Positions 30,344 through 39,911 of a stretch of DNA of 64,000 bases are shown here, piece after piece. The stretch's first letter is position 1, and every line of letters starts with the position of its first letter. This DNA comes from Candidatus Bathyarchaeota archaeon (lineage in GTDB: Archaea; Thermoproteota; Bathyarchaeia; Hecatellales; Hecatellaceae). Below the pieces are notes generated by a model. It was not told the DNA's origin, did not search any database, and worked only from the letters and a program-made list of their open reading frames with translations. The position numbers were made by a program, and so were the translations under genes. Location: the NCBI GenBank assembly GCA_052246995.1, contig JBQPWD010000002.1:96001-160000 (forward strand), in the 5' to 3' direction.

Positions 30344-30363
30344 TTTTTATAAAAGTTTTAATT

Positions 30364-31044
30364 TTAATTTACTTTAAATGTCACAATATTTTGAAGGTAG
30401 CCTTGAATACCTTCAAGAAAAGATTTCAATTTTAGTATGGGTGTTAACGGAACCATGTTAAAAGTTTTGTAAGGTACCTCTGCCAAGGTTACTATTAATG
30501 GTATTACCATACTATCCTTGGCAACTCTTTTTTCAATTTTTCTTAGGGTAAGCGAAACTAGTTTTGCTCTTTCACTCTGCTTTTTTGTTATTTCATCAAT
30601 TCTTGATCTGCTAAGTCCGTGTTTCCAGTGTTTACAATCAACACAAAAACACAGATTCTCGTTAAAGGCTAAAATATCAACCTCAAAAATCTTTCCTTCA
30701 ACCCTTAACCTTTTACGAATCATGGTTTTATAGCCCTTAAACTCGAAAATAGTTTGAACAATTCTTTCAAAATCTTCCCATGATAAGTATCTGCTTACAG
30801 TTTCTATAGTATACCCGCTTTCTACAGCCTTAACACCAATCATAATTTTTTGTAATTGTTCTGCTGTAAAATTTTCTTGAACTTTGTTTACTAATCCTTC
30901 ATTAAGCAGGATGTTTAGGTACGTTAAAACATCGTTCTTGGATGTTAAAAGTATGTTTGCAAGTTCATCTGCCGAGAAAAAGGGTTTTTCCTGCAATATT
31001 TTTAAAATTGACAACAAAAAAGTTCCTTTTAATTGCTTTTCCAT
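30364..31044 (-). CDS. wHTH + restriction-endonuclease-like (Mrr/NERD) protein
   Basis: LSWEDFE, EVDILA, VDCKHW (PD-(D/E)xK); likely start ATG 31044. Confidence 0.75.
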   Translation of the reverse strand: MEKQLKGTFLLSILKILQEKPFFSADELANILLTSKNDVLTYLNILLNEGLVNKVQENFTAEQLQKIMIGVKAVESGYTIETVSRYLSWEDFERIVQTIFEFKGYKTMIRKRLRVEGKIFEVDILAFNENLCFCVDCKHWKHGLSRSRIDEITKKQSERAKLVSLTLRKIEKRVAKDSMVIPLIVTLAEVPYKTFNMVPLTPILKLKSFLEGIQGYLQNIVTFKVN

Positions 31045-31148
31045 TGCACTTTCAGCAAAAATAACTAAGTAAAAGAAAAGTTTTATCTTTATTGTCAAAT
31101 TTTAACTAAATACTACAGACAAATATTTGATGAGGCATAGGTGAAAAC

Positions 31149-32402
31149 TTGGTAGGCAAAACTATAGTAGAAAAAATTTTGGAAAAGGCTTCTGGAAGAA
31201 GAGTTGAGATTGGTGAGCTTGTAATTGCAAAAATAGATTTTGCTATGGCTCATGATGGTACAGGTCCTTTAGCTATAAAATCGTTTAGAGAGATGGGTGG
31301 TGAAAAAGTTTGGAACTCTAAAAAAATAGCTCTTGCCATAGACCATGTTGCTCCAAGCGCATCTGAGGATGTATCAAACCTTCAAAAACTTCTAAGAAAT
31401 TTTGCTTTTGAGCAAAATATAGAAAACTTTTATGATGTAGGTTGGGGAGTAGGTCACCAATTAATGGTTGAAAATCATGTTCTTCCAGGTATGCTTATTG
31501 TTGGTGCAGATTCTCACACTTGCACCTATGGTGCGTTAGGTGCTTTTGCAACAGGAGTAGGCTCAACAGAAATGGCCGCTGTTTTTAAGACAGGTAAACT
31601 TTGGTTTAAGGTTCCAGAAACTGTTAGATACAATATTTCTGGAAATGTTCCTGCAAATGTTACAGCAAAAGATATAATGTTGTATATTGTTAGTGAAGTG
31701 AAGGCTGATGGTGCAACCTATAAGGTTGTTGATTTTTCTGGAAATGTTGTTAAAAAGTTAAGTGTTGATGGAAGACTAACCTTATGTAATATGGCTGTTG
31801 AAATTGGGGCAAAAACAGGTATTGTTGAACCAGATGATAAGACAGTAAGTTACATTGAGAATGTTAGAGGTAAGGTAGATTTTCAAGTTATAAGAAACGA
31901 TGAAAACGCTTATTTTGAGGAAATATACGAGTTTGATGTTTCTAACCTAGAACCACAGATAGCCTGTCCTCCAACTGTTGACAATGTTAAATCTGTAAGG
32001 GAGGTTGAAGGTTTAGAGGTTGATCAAGTTTTTCTTGGATCTTGTACTAACGGTAGACTTGAAGATTTAGAAATCGCGGCAAAAATATTAAAAGGTAAAA
32101 AAATAAGCAAAAAAACAAGGATGATAGTTGTTCCAGCCTCAAGAAGAGTGTATCTTGAAGCATTAAAAAAAGGTTTACTGGAGATTTTTGTTGAAGCTGG
32201 GTGCACTGTTTGTAACCCTGGTTGTGGTCCGTGCGTCGGAACCCATCAAGGTGTTCCAGCTGAGGGGGAGGTTGTACTTTCAACATCCAACCGAAACTTT
32301 GTTGGAAGAATGGGTTGTGATAAAGCAGACATATACCTTTGCTCTCCAATGACTGCTGCAGCATCAGCTATAAAAGGCAAAATTGTGGAATATAAAGTAT
32401 AA
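31149..32402 (+). CDS. leuC: 3-isopropylmalate dehydratase/homoaconitase large subunit
   Basis: DHV, GADSHTCT, GSCTNGR, CGPC, STSNRNF; leuC versus hacA not resolvable by eye. Confidence 0.9.
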   Translation: MVGKTIVEKILEKASGRRVEIGELVIAKIDFAMAHDGTGPLAIKSFREMGGEKVWNSKKIALAIDHVAPSASEDVSNLQKLLRNFAFEQNIENFYDVGWGVGHQLMVENHVLPGMLIVGADSHTCTYGALGAFATGVGSTEMAAVFKTGKLWFKVPETVRYNISGNVPANVTAKDIMLYIVSEVKADGATYKVVDFSGNVVKKLSVDGRLTLCNMAVEIGAKTGIVEPDDKTVSYIENVRGKVDFQVIRNDENAYFEEIYEFDVSNLEPQIACPPTVDNVKSVREVEGLEVDQVFLGSCTNGRLEDLEIAAKILKGKKISKKTRMIVVPASRRVYLEALKKGLLEIFVEAGCTVCNPGCGPCVGTHQGVPAEGEVVLSTSNRNFVGRMGCDKADIYLCSPMTAAASAIKGKIVEYKV

Positions 32403-32411
32403 TAATCCAGT

Positions 32412-32930
32412 ATGCGTGAAGCTTGTATGAAGTTTAAAGGTAAAGCTTGGAAATTTGGTGATGATGTAAATACTGATGTAATAATTCCTGGAAAATATAA
32501 ATTTAAAACCTTAGATATGAAGGAGCTTGCCAAACATGCAATGGAGGGAATTGATCCTAGTTTTTCAAAAAAGGTTAATGTAGGAGACATTATTGTTGCA
32601 GGTAAAAATTTTGGCTGCGGTTCAAGCCGTGAACAGGCACCAAGAGTATTAAAGGAGTTAGGAATCTCAACAATAATAGCAGAGTCTTTTGCAAGAATAT
32701 TCTTCAGAAATGCTATAAACATAGGGCTGCCTCTAATAGAATGTAAAGATGCTAGTAGAGAGATTGTTGAAGGAGATGTTGTTGAGGTGAACTTGGAAGA
32801 AGGGTTAATAGTCAACCATAAAACTGGCAAAAGTTACAAATTTAAACCTATCCCAAAACCTTTACTTGCTATTCTAAATAGTGGTGGGCTCATCAACTAC
32901 TTTAAAAATTTCGGAGATTACCAATTTTAA
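32412..32930 (+). CDS. leuD: 3-isopropylmalate dehydratase/homoaconitase small subunit
   Basis: NTDVIIPG, NFGCGSSREQA, FARIFFRNAIN.G. Confidence 0.9.
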   Translation: MREACMKFKGKAWKFGDDVNTDVIIPGKYKFKTLDMKELAKHAMEGIDPSFSKKVNVGDIIVAGKNFGCGSSREQAPRVLKELGISTIIAESFARIFFRNAINIGLPLIECKDASREIVEGDVVEVNLEEGLIVNHKTGKSYKFKPIPKPLLAILNSGGLINYFKNFGDYQF

Positions 32931-33002
32931 CCGGATGTAATAAAATTAATCTATATGTTAATGTATTTTTATTATCCTAAATAAGGGATGGTGTTTTAGT
33001 TA

Positions 33003-34172
33003 TTGGTGGAAAAAGTTGTACTTGCATACTCTGGAGGCCTTGACACGTCAGTTATGGTTAAATGGTTAAATGAACATTACAACTTTGAAGTTATAACTTT
33101 AACGGTTGATGTTGGTCAAAAAGAGGATTTAAAAGTTATTGAGCAAAAAGCAATAAACTCAGGGGCAGTAAAGCATTACACCATAGATGCAAAAAAAGAG
33201 TTTGTGGAGCGATTTATCTTTCCAGCAATTAAGGCTAATGCCCTTTATGAGGGGAAATATCCTTTAAGTAGTGCTCTTTCAAGACCATTAATAGCTGAAA
33301 AACTTGTTGAAGTTGCAAGAAAAGAAGGAGCTTCTGCTGTCGCTCACGGTTGTACTGGTCGAGGAAATGACCAAGTTAGGTTTGAAGTTACAATTGAATC
33401 ATTAGCTCCTGATTTAAAAATTATTGCTCCTGTACGTGAATGGAGGTTATCAAGGGAAGAGGAAGTTGAGTATGCAAAAAAACATGGAATACCTTTAACA
33501 CTAAAAACTCATCCATACAGCATCGACCAGAATCTTTGGGGTAGGTCTATAGAGTGCGGCCCTCTTGACAATCCTAGCGAAGAACCTCCACCAGAAGTTT
33601 TTGAGTTAACAACTTCACCAGAAGAGGCCCCTAATATTTCAGAATACATTACGTTAACATTTGAAAACGGTATCCCAGTGGCTATTAATGGTAACCGTCT
33701 TGACCCAATTACCCTAATAGATCAGTTAAACATTCTTGCTGGAAAACATGGAGTAGGTAGAATAGACCATGTTGAAGATAGAGTTGTCGGAATAAAATCT
33801 AGAGAAGTTTACGAGTGCCCTGCAGCCTTATGCTTAATTGAGGCTCATAAAGATTTGGAAAAACTTGTCTTAACTAGGCATGAACTAGCCTTCAAACAGT
33901 ATGTTGATGCTGAATGGACTTGGCTTGTTTACTCAGGTTTATGGATGGATCCGTTAAGAGAAGATTTAGAAGTATTTATAGATAAGACGCAGCAACGTGT
34001 ATCGGGAGATGTTAAGCTTAAACTTTTTAAGGGCAGTATGACAATTGTTGGAAGATCGTCTCCATACGCACTTTGTAAGAAAACAGAATATGAACAATCC
34101 ATCGCGTACGGGTTTATTAGACTCTGGGGATTGCAAACAAGGTTCTCAAGACTTACCTTTAGTAAGGATTAA
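33003..34172 (+). CDS. argG: Argininosuccinate synthase
   Basis: LAYSGGLDTS, HGCTGRGNDQVRF, SIDQNLWGRS, KSREVYE. Confidence 0.95.
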   Translation: MVEKVVLAYSGGLDTSVMVKWLNEHYNFEVITLTVDVGQKEDLKVIEQKAINSGAVKHYTIDAKKEFVERFIFPAIKANALYEGKYPLSSALSRPLIAEKLVEVARKEGASAVAHGCTGRGNDQVRFEVTIESLAPDLKIIAPVREWRLSREEEVEYAKKHGIPLTLKTHPYSIDQNLWGRSIECGPLDNPSEEPPPEVFELTTSPEEAPNISEYITLTFENGIPVAINGNRLDPITLIDQLNILAGKHGVGRIDHVEDRVVGIKSREVYECPAALCLIEAHKDLEKLVLTRHELAFKQYVDAEWTWLVYSGLWMDPLREDLEVFIDKTQQRVSGDVKLKLFKGSMTIVGRSSPYALCKKTEYEQSIAYGFIRLWGLQTRFSRLTFSKD

Positions 34173-34198
34173 ATTAAGGAAAGATTTTTGAATATTTT

Positions 34199-34576
34199 AT
34201 GAGACGTCTGAGTTCGAGAGAACTTAAGCGGATTATAGGTAAATTCGGGGTAAATGCTAAGGAAGTTGAGGATGTTAAAGAAGTTATCCTAAAAACGTCA
34301 ACAAAAGAGGTAATCATTCAAAACCCTGTTGTTACATTGTTTGAGTTTCAAGGTCAAAAAATCTTTCAGATTTTCGGTGAGAAAATAGAAGAAAAAATAA
34401 TTTCAAAAGAACTTGAGTTGTTAAAGGAAGATGAAAAAATTTCAGATGAAGATGTTTTGCTTGTAGCTCAACAGGCAAATGTAGATTTTGAGGAAGCTAA
34501 AGCGGCCTTAAAAGAGTGTAAAGGAGACCTTGCTCAAGCAATTTTAATGTTAGCATCCAAGAAGAAAACGGGTTAA
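34199..34576 (+). CDS. nac: Nascent polypeptide-associated complex protein
   Basis: NAC domain plus C-terminal UBA-like DVLLVAQQA...GDLAQAI. Confidence 0.92.
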   Translation: MRRLSSRELKRIIGKFGVNAKEVEDVKEVILKTSTKEVIIQNPVVTLFEFQGQKIFQIFGEKIEEKIISKELELLKEDEKISDEDVLLVAQQANVDFEEAKAALKECKGDLAQAILMLASKKKTG

Positions 34577-35229
34577 ACTACAACCGCTTTTTGTACTTCA
34601 TGAATCTTTTTAATTCGCTTTAATCTAAAGAAATCTTCTCTTGTTCTCTCCTCAAGTTGCATTTGAATATACCTTACTGTGTTTTCCAATCTAGGAATTA
34701 TAACCTTCTCAAGCGCATTAACCCTTCTTTTTGTCATAATAATTACTTCTGCAAGCCTTTTTACAGCTGTTTCAACCTCAGCTAATTCCACCATAAGTTT
34801 AATAGCCTCCTCCATACCTCTTATAGCATCATCAACGGCAGCAGATGTTTCGTGAACATCATACCACCAACCTTTTTCAGGTTTGTCTTTAACATAAACT
34901 TCAAAGATCGGAATAGATACTCCTATAATATTCCTAATTTTTTCATCTACTTCAAAACGTTCAGGCATAGAATAAGCTAACTCATAAATTTTATCCGAGC
35001 CTACAGACAATCTAGCCTTAATAAATTTTTTGTACGTCTCAATTAAAACCACTTCTAACCTTTTACGAGTTTTTTCAAACTTTCCAACAGCATCAAAAAA
35101 ATGCATAAGAAGAGCATCTCTTTTTTCGACAAGTAAGTCATGACCTCTACGCGCAATTTGGACTCTTCTTTTAAGTTTAAGCATCTCAGCCCTTGTTGCA
35201 TGAACCCCTGCAACAATTTCCCTTGACAA
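34573..35229 (-). CDS. atpD: V/A-type ATP synthase subunit D (stand-alone)
   Basis: TRAEMLKLKRR, GHDLL..KRDAL, TKRRVNALEKVIIP, REDFFRLK. Confidence 0.92.
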   Translation of the reverse strand: MSREIVAGVHATRAEMLKLKRRVQIARRGHDLLVEKRDALLMHFFDAVGKFEKTRKRLEVVLIETYKKFIKARLSVGSDKIYELAYSMPERFEVDEKIRNIIGVSIPIFEVYVKDKPEKGWWYDVHETSAAVDDAIRGMEEAIKLMVELAEVETAVKRLAEVIIMTKRRVNALEKVIIPRLENTVRYIQMQLEERTREDFFRLKRIKKIHEVQKAVVV

Positions 35230-35346
35230 TTCTTCCCGCCTACTATTTTTAAAACTCCGAATTAAATTTTTTTATACTTTACCCTATTTAAAAATATTTG
35301 GCTTTATCTAATATTCCAAAAATTGGAGAGATGTACAGTTTAAAGC

Positions 35347-35766
35347 TTAATCCGGAATATCCTGTTTGCTAATAAAACGCCACTCTTTCATTAAAACCTC
35401 GTAAAGAGAATCCTCTTCCTCTATAATTTCATATTTTCCTAGGACTTCTGCAAGTTTTTGAGCTATTATATGATAACATGAAAAAATATCGCTACTTAAA
35501 ACCCTAAAGTAAAAGTCATCACAACTACAGTAACCAATAAGCGGAATAACTTCATAATCTCTCTCTTTGCCAACAACAATCCACACAACTCTTCCGCTAG
35601 GTCTAAAAACATATTTTTTAACAGCTTTTTCATCTAAAGCTTTTAAAGCATTTTTAAAACGTTTACCGAAAACCCTGTAAAGTTTCAGTTTTTCGTTTTC
35701 ACTTAATTCTCCAGTCTTTCTTACATTTTCACAAACTTCTTCTATAAGTTTCTCTTCCTCATGCAT
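35347..35766 (-). CDS. SWIM zinc-finger protein
   Basis: YCSCDDF...CYH motif; likely start ATG 35766. Confidence 0.85.
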   Translation of the reverse strand: MHEEEKLIEEVCENVRKTGELSENEKLKLYRVFGKRFKNALKALDEKAVKKYVFRPSGRVVWIVVGKERDYEVIPLIGYCSCDDFYFRVLSSDIFSCYHIIAQKLAEVLGKYEIIEEEDSLYEVLMKEWRFISKQDIPD

Positions 35767-35824
35767 CTTCTTATCTAAATAATTGTTATAGGTTAGTTTA
35801 GAAATATTTTTAACGGGTATTATT

Positions 35825-36670
35825 TTGCTAATAAAACCGTATACTCCATGGCCTATCTTATTAATAGAAGAAGGTGAAGAAAAAAATATCATCTTAAGCG
35901 ATATTCATCTAGGGTATGAACTTGAACTTGTAAAATCAGGAATAAATATTCCACCTCAAACTGAAAGATTTAAGGAAACGTTGCTTAAAGTGATTGAAGA
36001 AATTAAACCTTATAGGCTGATAATCCTTGGAGACTTGAAACATGTAATACCAACAATTTCATCTAAGGAATTAGTAGATGTTTCGAGTTTTCTTAGAGAA
36101 TTTGAAAAAAGTGTTGAGACAATCTTACTAATTCCTGGAAACCATGATGGAAAAATATCCTACCTCTCCTCACCAAAAATTGCTATAAGCTCCGCCAGAG
36201 GAACAACTATTGGAAAAAAAGAAAAAATAGGGCTTTTTCATGGCCATACATGGCCAACCCCAAAGCTTTTTGAGGCAAAACTATGGATTATGGGACATAA
36301 CCACCCAACAATCCAGTTTAAGGGCGCCTTTGGTTTTAAAATTTCTAAAACAGTATGGATTAAAGCCCCAATAGATGTTGAGAGGCTAGTAAGCTCTTTT
36401 TTAAGGCATAGAGGAATTACTATTGAAAAAAATCAACTTCCTAGCCAACTTTTAGCTGAAAGATACAATGTTCACGCTAAATGCTCTGAGTTGATAATTG
36501 TTCCAGCATTCAACGACCTTCTTGGAGGAGTGCCGTTTAACATTAAATCAAAGGATGAACTTTTAGGACCTGTTATTAGGTCTAATGGTGTACTTTTGGA
36601 TAAGGCTGAAATTTTTCTTTTAGATGGAACCTATCTAGGGACTATTAGAGAACTGGAAAAAGTTTCATAA
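35825..36670 (+). CDS. Calcineurin-like metallophosphoesterase
   Basis: DIHLG, GDLKH, GNHDG, HGH, GHNHP, PAFN. Confidence 0.88.
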   Translation: MLIKPYTPWPILLIEEGEEKNIILSDIHLGYELELVKSGINIPPQTERFKETLLKVIEEIKPYRLIILGDLKHVIPTISSKELVDVSSFLREFEKSVETILLIPGNHDGKISYLSSPKIAISSARGTTIGKKEKIGLFHGHTWPTPKLFEAKLWIMGHNHPTIQFKGAFGFKISKTVWIKAPIDVERLVSSFLRHRGITIEKNQLPSQLLAERYNVHAKCSELIIVPAFNDLLGGVPFNIKSKDELLGPVIRSNGVLLDKAEIFLLDGTYLGTIRELEKVS

Positions 36671-36753
36671 CGTGGGAAACCGTAACTTTTACTTTAAAAA
36701 TTAAAATAACAAAAGATATAAATCCCCACCCGATAATTTAAGAATGGTTTAAG

Positions 36754-38145
36754 ATGGTGGAAGAATCACCAGATGTAATCATAGTCGGAGCTGGTCCTGC
36801 AGGATTATTTGCAGCGCTAGAAATTACGGAAAAGAGCTCATTAAAAGTTCTCATCATTGACAAAGGAGATAAACCATTAAATCGTGTATGTCCTGAGCAA
36901 AATTATCGTGGATGTACAAAATGCTCTCCTTGTAACGTTCTTTGCGGTATAGGAGGTGCTGGAACTCTCTCAAGTGGGCGGTTAAATCTTAGACCTGATA
37001 TTGGTGGAAACTTGTTTGAATTAACTGGTAGTACAGAAAAAGCTTGGGACCTTATCAAAAAGGTAGATGAAATTTTCCTAAAATACGGTTGTCCAAATAC
37101 ACTATATGAACCTAGTAGTGTAGAAGCTGAAGAATTAGAAAGAAAAGCTGCCGCGGTTGGAGCAAAATTTATTCCAACACCTCAAAGAGAAATAGGAACA
37201 GATAACGCCCCAAAACTTCTTCAAAATTTTATGGAAGATTTAGAAACAAAAAATGTTAAGTTTTTGTTAAAAACAAACGTTTCCCACATAGATAAAGGCT
37301 TTATTACTCTGGAAGACGGTAAAAAAATAAAATCCAAGCATATTATTGTTGCTCCAGGAAGAAGCGGGCAAAACTGGCTTGCTGAAGAAGCAAAAAGGCT
37401 TGGAATCCCAACAAAACATGAGCCAATTGACATTGGTGTTAGAGTGGAAGTCCCAGCAATAGTTATGGAGCCGGTTACCTGTATAAATAAGGATCCAAAG
37501 TTTCATATTTATACAAAAAAATACGACGACCTTGTACGTACTTTTTGTGTAAACCATAGAGGATTTGTATGCTTAGAAGTTTATGATAAAAATCTTGTAG
37601 GTGTAAATGGACATTGTATGAATAGTTTAAAATCTCAAAATACAAATTTCGCCTTTCTCGTGAGAATAAGCTTAACAGAACCACTAGAGGATACTTCTGT
37701 ATACGGTCGCACAATTGCAGCTCAAACAACCCTACTTGGTGGAGGAAAACCGATAGTTCAAAGACTTGGTGATTTAGAAAAAGGTAGAAGGTCAACATGG
37801 AAAAGAATTGAGAATGGAAACATCAAACCGACGTTAAAAACAGTAACACCAGGAGACATTGCTATGGCCATGCCTCACCGCATCATAACTGACATCATTG
37901 AAGGCTTATATAAGCTGGATAACGTTATACCTGGAGTGGCATCTACCTCAACTTTACTATATGCACCAGAGGTTAAATTTTCAGCAAACCGAATTTACAC
38001 TAACAGCAACCTGGAAACCACAATAGAAAACTTATTTGTAGCAGGAGACGGTGCAGGTCTCTCAAGAGGGATTGTAATAGCTGCAGCTACAGGAATTATA
38101 GCTGCACAAGGTATTCTGAAAAAGGAGAAGATTATTCCCGCCTAA
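36754..38145 (+). CDS. FAD-dependent oxidoreductase (COG2509-like) with N-terminal Cys cluster
   Basis: GAGPAG, CP...CxxCxPC, GIGGAG, GVRVE, AGDGAGLSRG. Confidence 0.85.
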   Translation: MVEESPDVIIVGAGPAGLFAALEITEKSSLKVLIIDKGDKPLNRVCPEQNYRGCTKCSPCNVLCGIGGAGTLSSGRLNLRPDIGGNLFELTGSTEKAWDLIKKVDEIFLKYGCPNTLYEPSSVEAEELERKAAAVGAKFIPTPQREIGTDNAPKLLQNFMEDLETKNVKFLLKTNVSHIDKGFITLEDGKKIKSKHIIVAPGRSGQNWLAEEAKRLGIPTKHEPIDIGVRVEVPAIVMEPVTCINKDPKFHIYTKKYDDLVRTFCVNHRGFVCLEVYDKNLVGVNGHCMNSLKSQNTNFAFLVRISLTEPLEDTSVYGRTIAAQTTLLGGGKPIVQRLGDLEKGRRSTWKRIENGNIKPTLKTVTPGDIAMAMPHRIITDIIEGLYKLDNVIPGVASTSTLLYAPEVKFSANRIYTNSNLETTIENLFVAGDGAGLSRGIVIAAATGIIAAQGILKKEKIIPA

Positions 38146-38180
38146 AAACAAGCTGACAAAAAGAAAGTTTCAATCCGAAA

Positions 38181-38747
38181 ATGTTTATGGAATTAGATGT
38201 CAACTTTGTTGTTACAGCCTTCCTTATAATTGTTCCAGCTTATATGGCAAACAGCTTTGCGCTTTTACTTGGCGGTGGAAAGCCTCTAGATATGGGAAAA
38301 AACTTTATTGATGGTAAAAGAATCTTTGGTGAAGGAAAAACTCTTAATGGTGCTATATTTGGAACAATTTTTGGATTTTTAGGTTATCTTATTGAGCTTA
38401 TGTTGCTAAGCAGAATCACGTTTCCCACATCATTTTACATACAATCAAAAATTTACTACTTCATTTTATTCGGTTTTCTTATTGCTGCTGGTGCGGTTGT
38501 TGGAGATTTGGTTGGGGCCTTCATAAAGAGAAGGGTTGGGTTGCCAAGAGGCGCACCAGCCCCTATTCTCGACCAGCTAGATTTTATATCTTTTTCACTT
38601 TTGCTAGCCTACCTATTCAACATCTTCTTTGATCTGGTTACAATAGACATTTACTTAGTTTTTACCATCCTTATTTCAACATTCATAGCTCATAGAGTTG
38701 GATGCTACATTGCGTATAAAACTGGTAAGAAAAAAGAGCCTTGGTGA
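38181..38747 (+). CDS. carS: CDP-archaeol synthase
   Basis: PAYMAN, DGKRIFGEGKT, GDLVGAFIKRR, LDQLDF, KKEPW. Confidence 0.92.
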   Translation: MFMELDVNFVVTAFLIIVPAYMANSFALLLGGGKPLDMGKNFIDGKRIFGEGKTLNGAIFGTIFGFLGYLIELMLLSRITFPTSFYIQSKIYYFILFGFLIAAGAVVGDLVGAFIKRRVGLPRGAPAPILDQLDFISFSLLLAYLFNIFFDLVTIDIYLVFTILISTFIAHRVGCYIAYKTGKKKEPW

Positions 38748-39064
38748 GGTTTGCTTGATTTATTTTTTTAAATTTAAAACTCGACTTTTATAAAGTTTTT
38801 AAATATAAATGTTCAAAAAGAAAAATTTACAAGAAAACACAATTTTAAGTATCTTTTACAAAAATATAAAAAAAGCTTTATCAAAATGCCGTATAACAAA
38901 CATATTTTTTAAATGTAATTGTTAAAAAAATGTTTTTCGAAAAAAGAATTAAAAAATTAAGAGCAAAATTTAAATTGAACCTGTATAAAAATCCTTTTTC
39001 AAGAAAAAATTTTAATAAATTGGTGTAAAATAAAAAACTAGTATTTGGAGGTTCAAAGTTAAGG

Positions 39065-39655
39065 TTGGGGAACAATACAAGTCGTAAGACATTTCTTCCA
39101 AGAAAATTCTTTACTGTAAGCGCCTCAGCAACAAGTAACATCTCTCCATTAAACGCGTTTGATGCAGCTTTGATGAAAGCAGGCATTGCTCAATGCAATC
39201 TTGTTTGTGTTTCATCTATTCTTCCACAAGATGCCGAATACATTGAGAAATATGAAATTACGCCGGGAACTATAACATTCTGTGTTTTGGCGAGAATGGA
39301 TGGAAACCCAGGTGAAACAATAGGTGCGGGTATTGGCTGGGGATGGGGTGTTGATGCAAATGGAAGGAAATATGGAATCGTGGCGGAGGCACATGGATAT
39401 AAGGATAAGGAAGCCATTGAAAAAGAACTTAAGTGGAAACTACAGGAAATGGCAAAAATTAGGGGAATGGAGTTATCATCAGTAAACATAAAAAGCGAGC
39501 ATTTTCAAGTCCCTAAAGGAAAATACGGAAGTGTTATTGTATCCTTGGTATATGTTCCATGGGATACTGAAGAGAATGAAAAAACTAGCCAAGAAGAGAT
39601 GGTAAAACAAGAAATCATAACTCAACAAGTAAAAGAAGAAATGACACTACAATAA
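39065..39655 (+). CDS. pdaD: Pyruvoyl-dependent arginine decarboxylase
   Basis: NAFDAAL..AGI..CNLV.VSSILP (Ser-Ser cleavage site), EMAKIRG. Confidence 0.9.
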   Translation: MGNNTSRKTFLPRKFFTVSASATSNISPLNAFDAALMKAGIAQCNLVCVSSILPQDAEYIEKYEITPGTITFCVLARMDGNPGETIGAGIGWGWGVDANGRKYGIVAEAHGYKDKEAIEKELKWKLQEMAKIRGMELSSVNIKSEHFQVPKGKYGSVIVSLVYVPWDTEENEKTSQEEMVKQEIITQQVKEEMTLQ

Positions 39656-39668
39656 CTCGTAAATACAC

Positions 39669-39713
39669 CATCCAATTTTTTGGAGGATTACCAAGTCTCC
39701 AATTTTTTGGATG
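39669..39713. repeat. Two TCCAATTTTTTGGA copies forming a composite inverted repeat
   Basis: Copies at 39671-84 and 39698-711; third copy at 42870-83. Confidence 0.8.
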
Positions 39714-39846
39714 TTGGAAAAACATCTTCTAAAAGTGGGGAAAAAGAGGTACCCCTTAGTGTAAAAAATCTTGGAAACTTAGGGTTTTTTCTCCATGTTT
39801 TGTTATTTTGGTTAATTATGTATTACTATAACAACTTTTTCAACAA

Positions 39847-39893
39847 TTTTCTTTATATAACTTAGATTATATAAAGAAAAATCTTTATATAAC
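39847..39893. other. dif/lox-like recombination site (14-6-14) plus third half-site
   Basis: TTTTCTTTATATAA-CTTAGA-TTATATAAAGAAAA (39847-80); TCTTTATATAAC repeated at 39882-93; immediately upstream of a tyrosine recombinase. Confidence 0.65.
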
Positions 39894-39911
39894 CTTGAGA
39901 AATAGAGTCTT

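Noticed and set aside
39671-39711. TCCAA-N4-TTGGA as CRISPR repeat or ORB origin box
   Set aside because: Only two adjacent 14-bp copies with a 13-bp gap, no cas genes; spacing and G-string differ from ORB, and no cdc6 nearby
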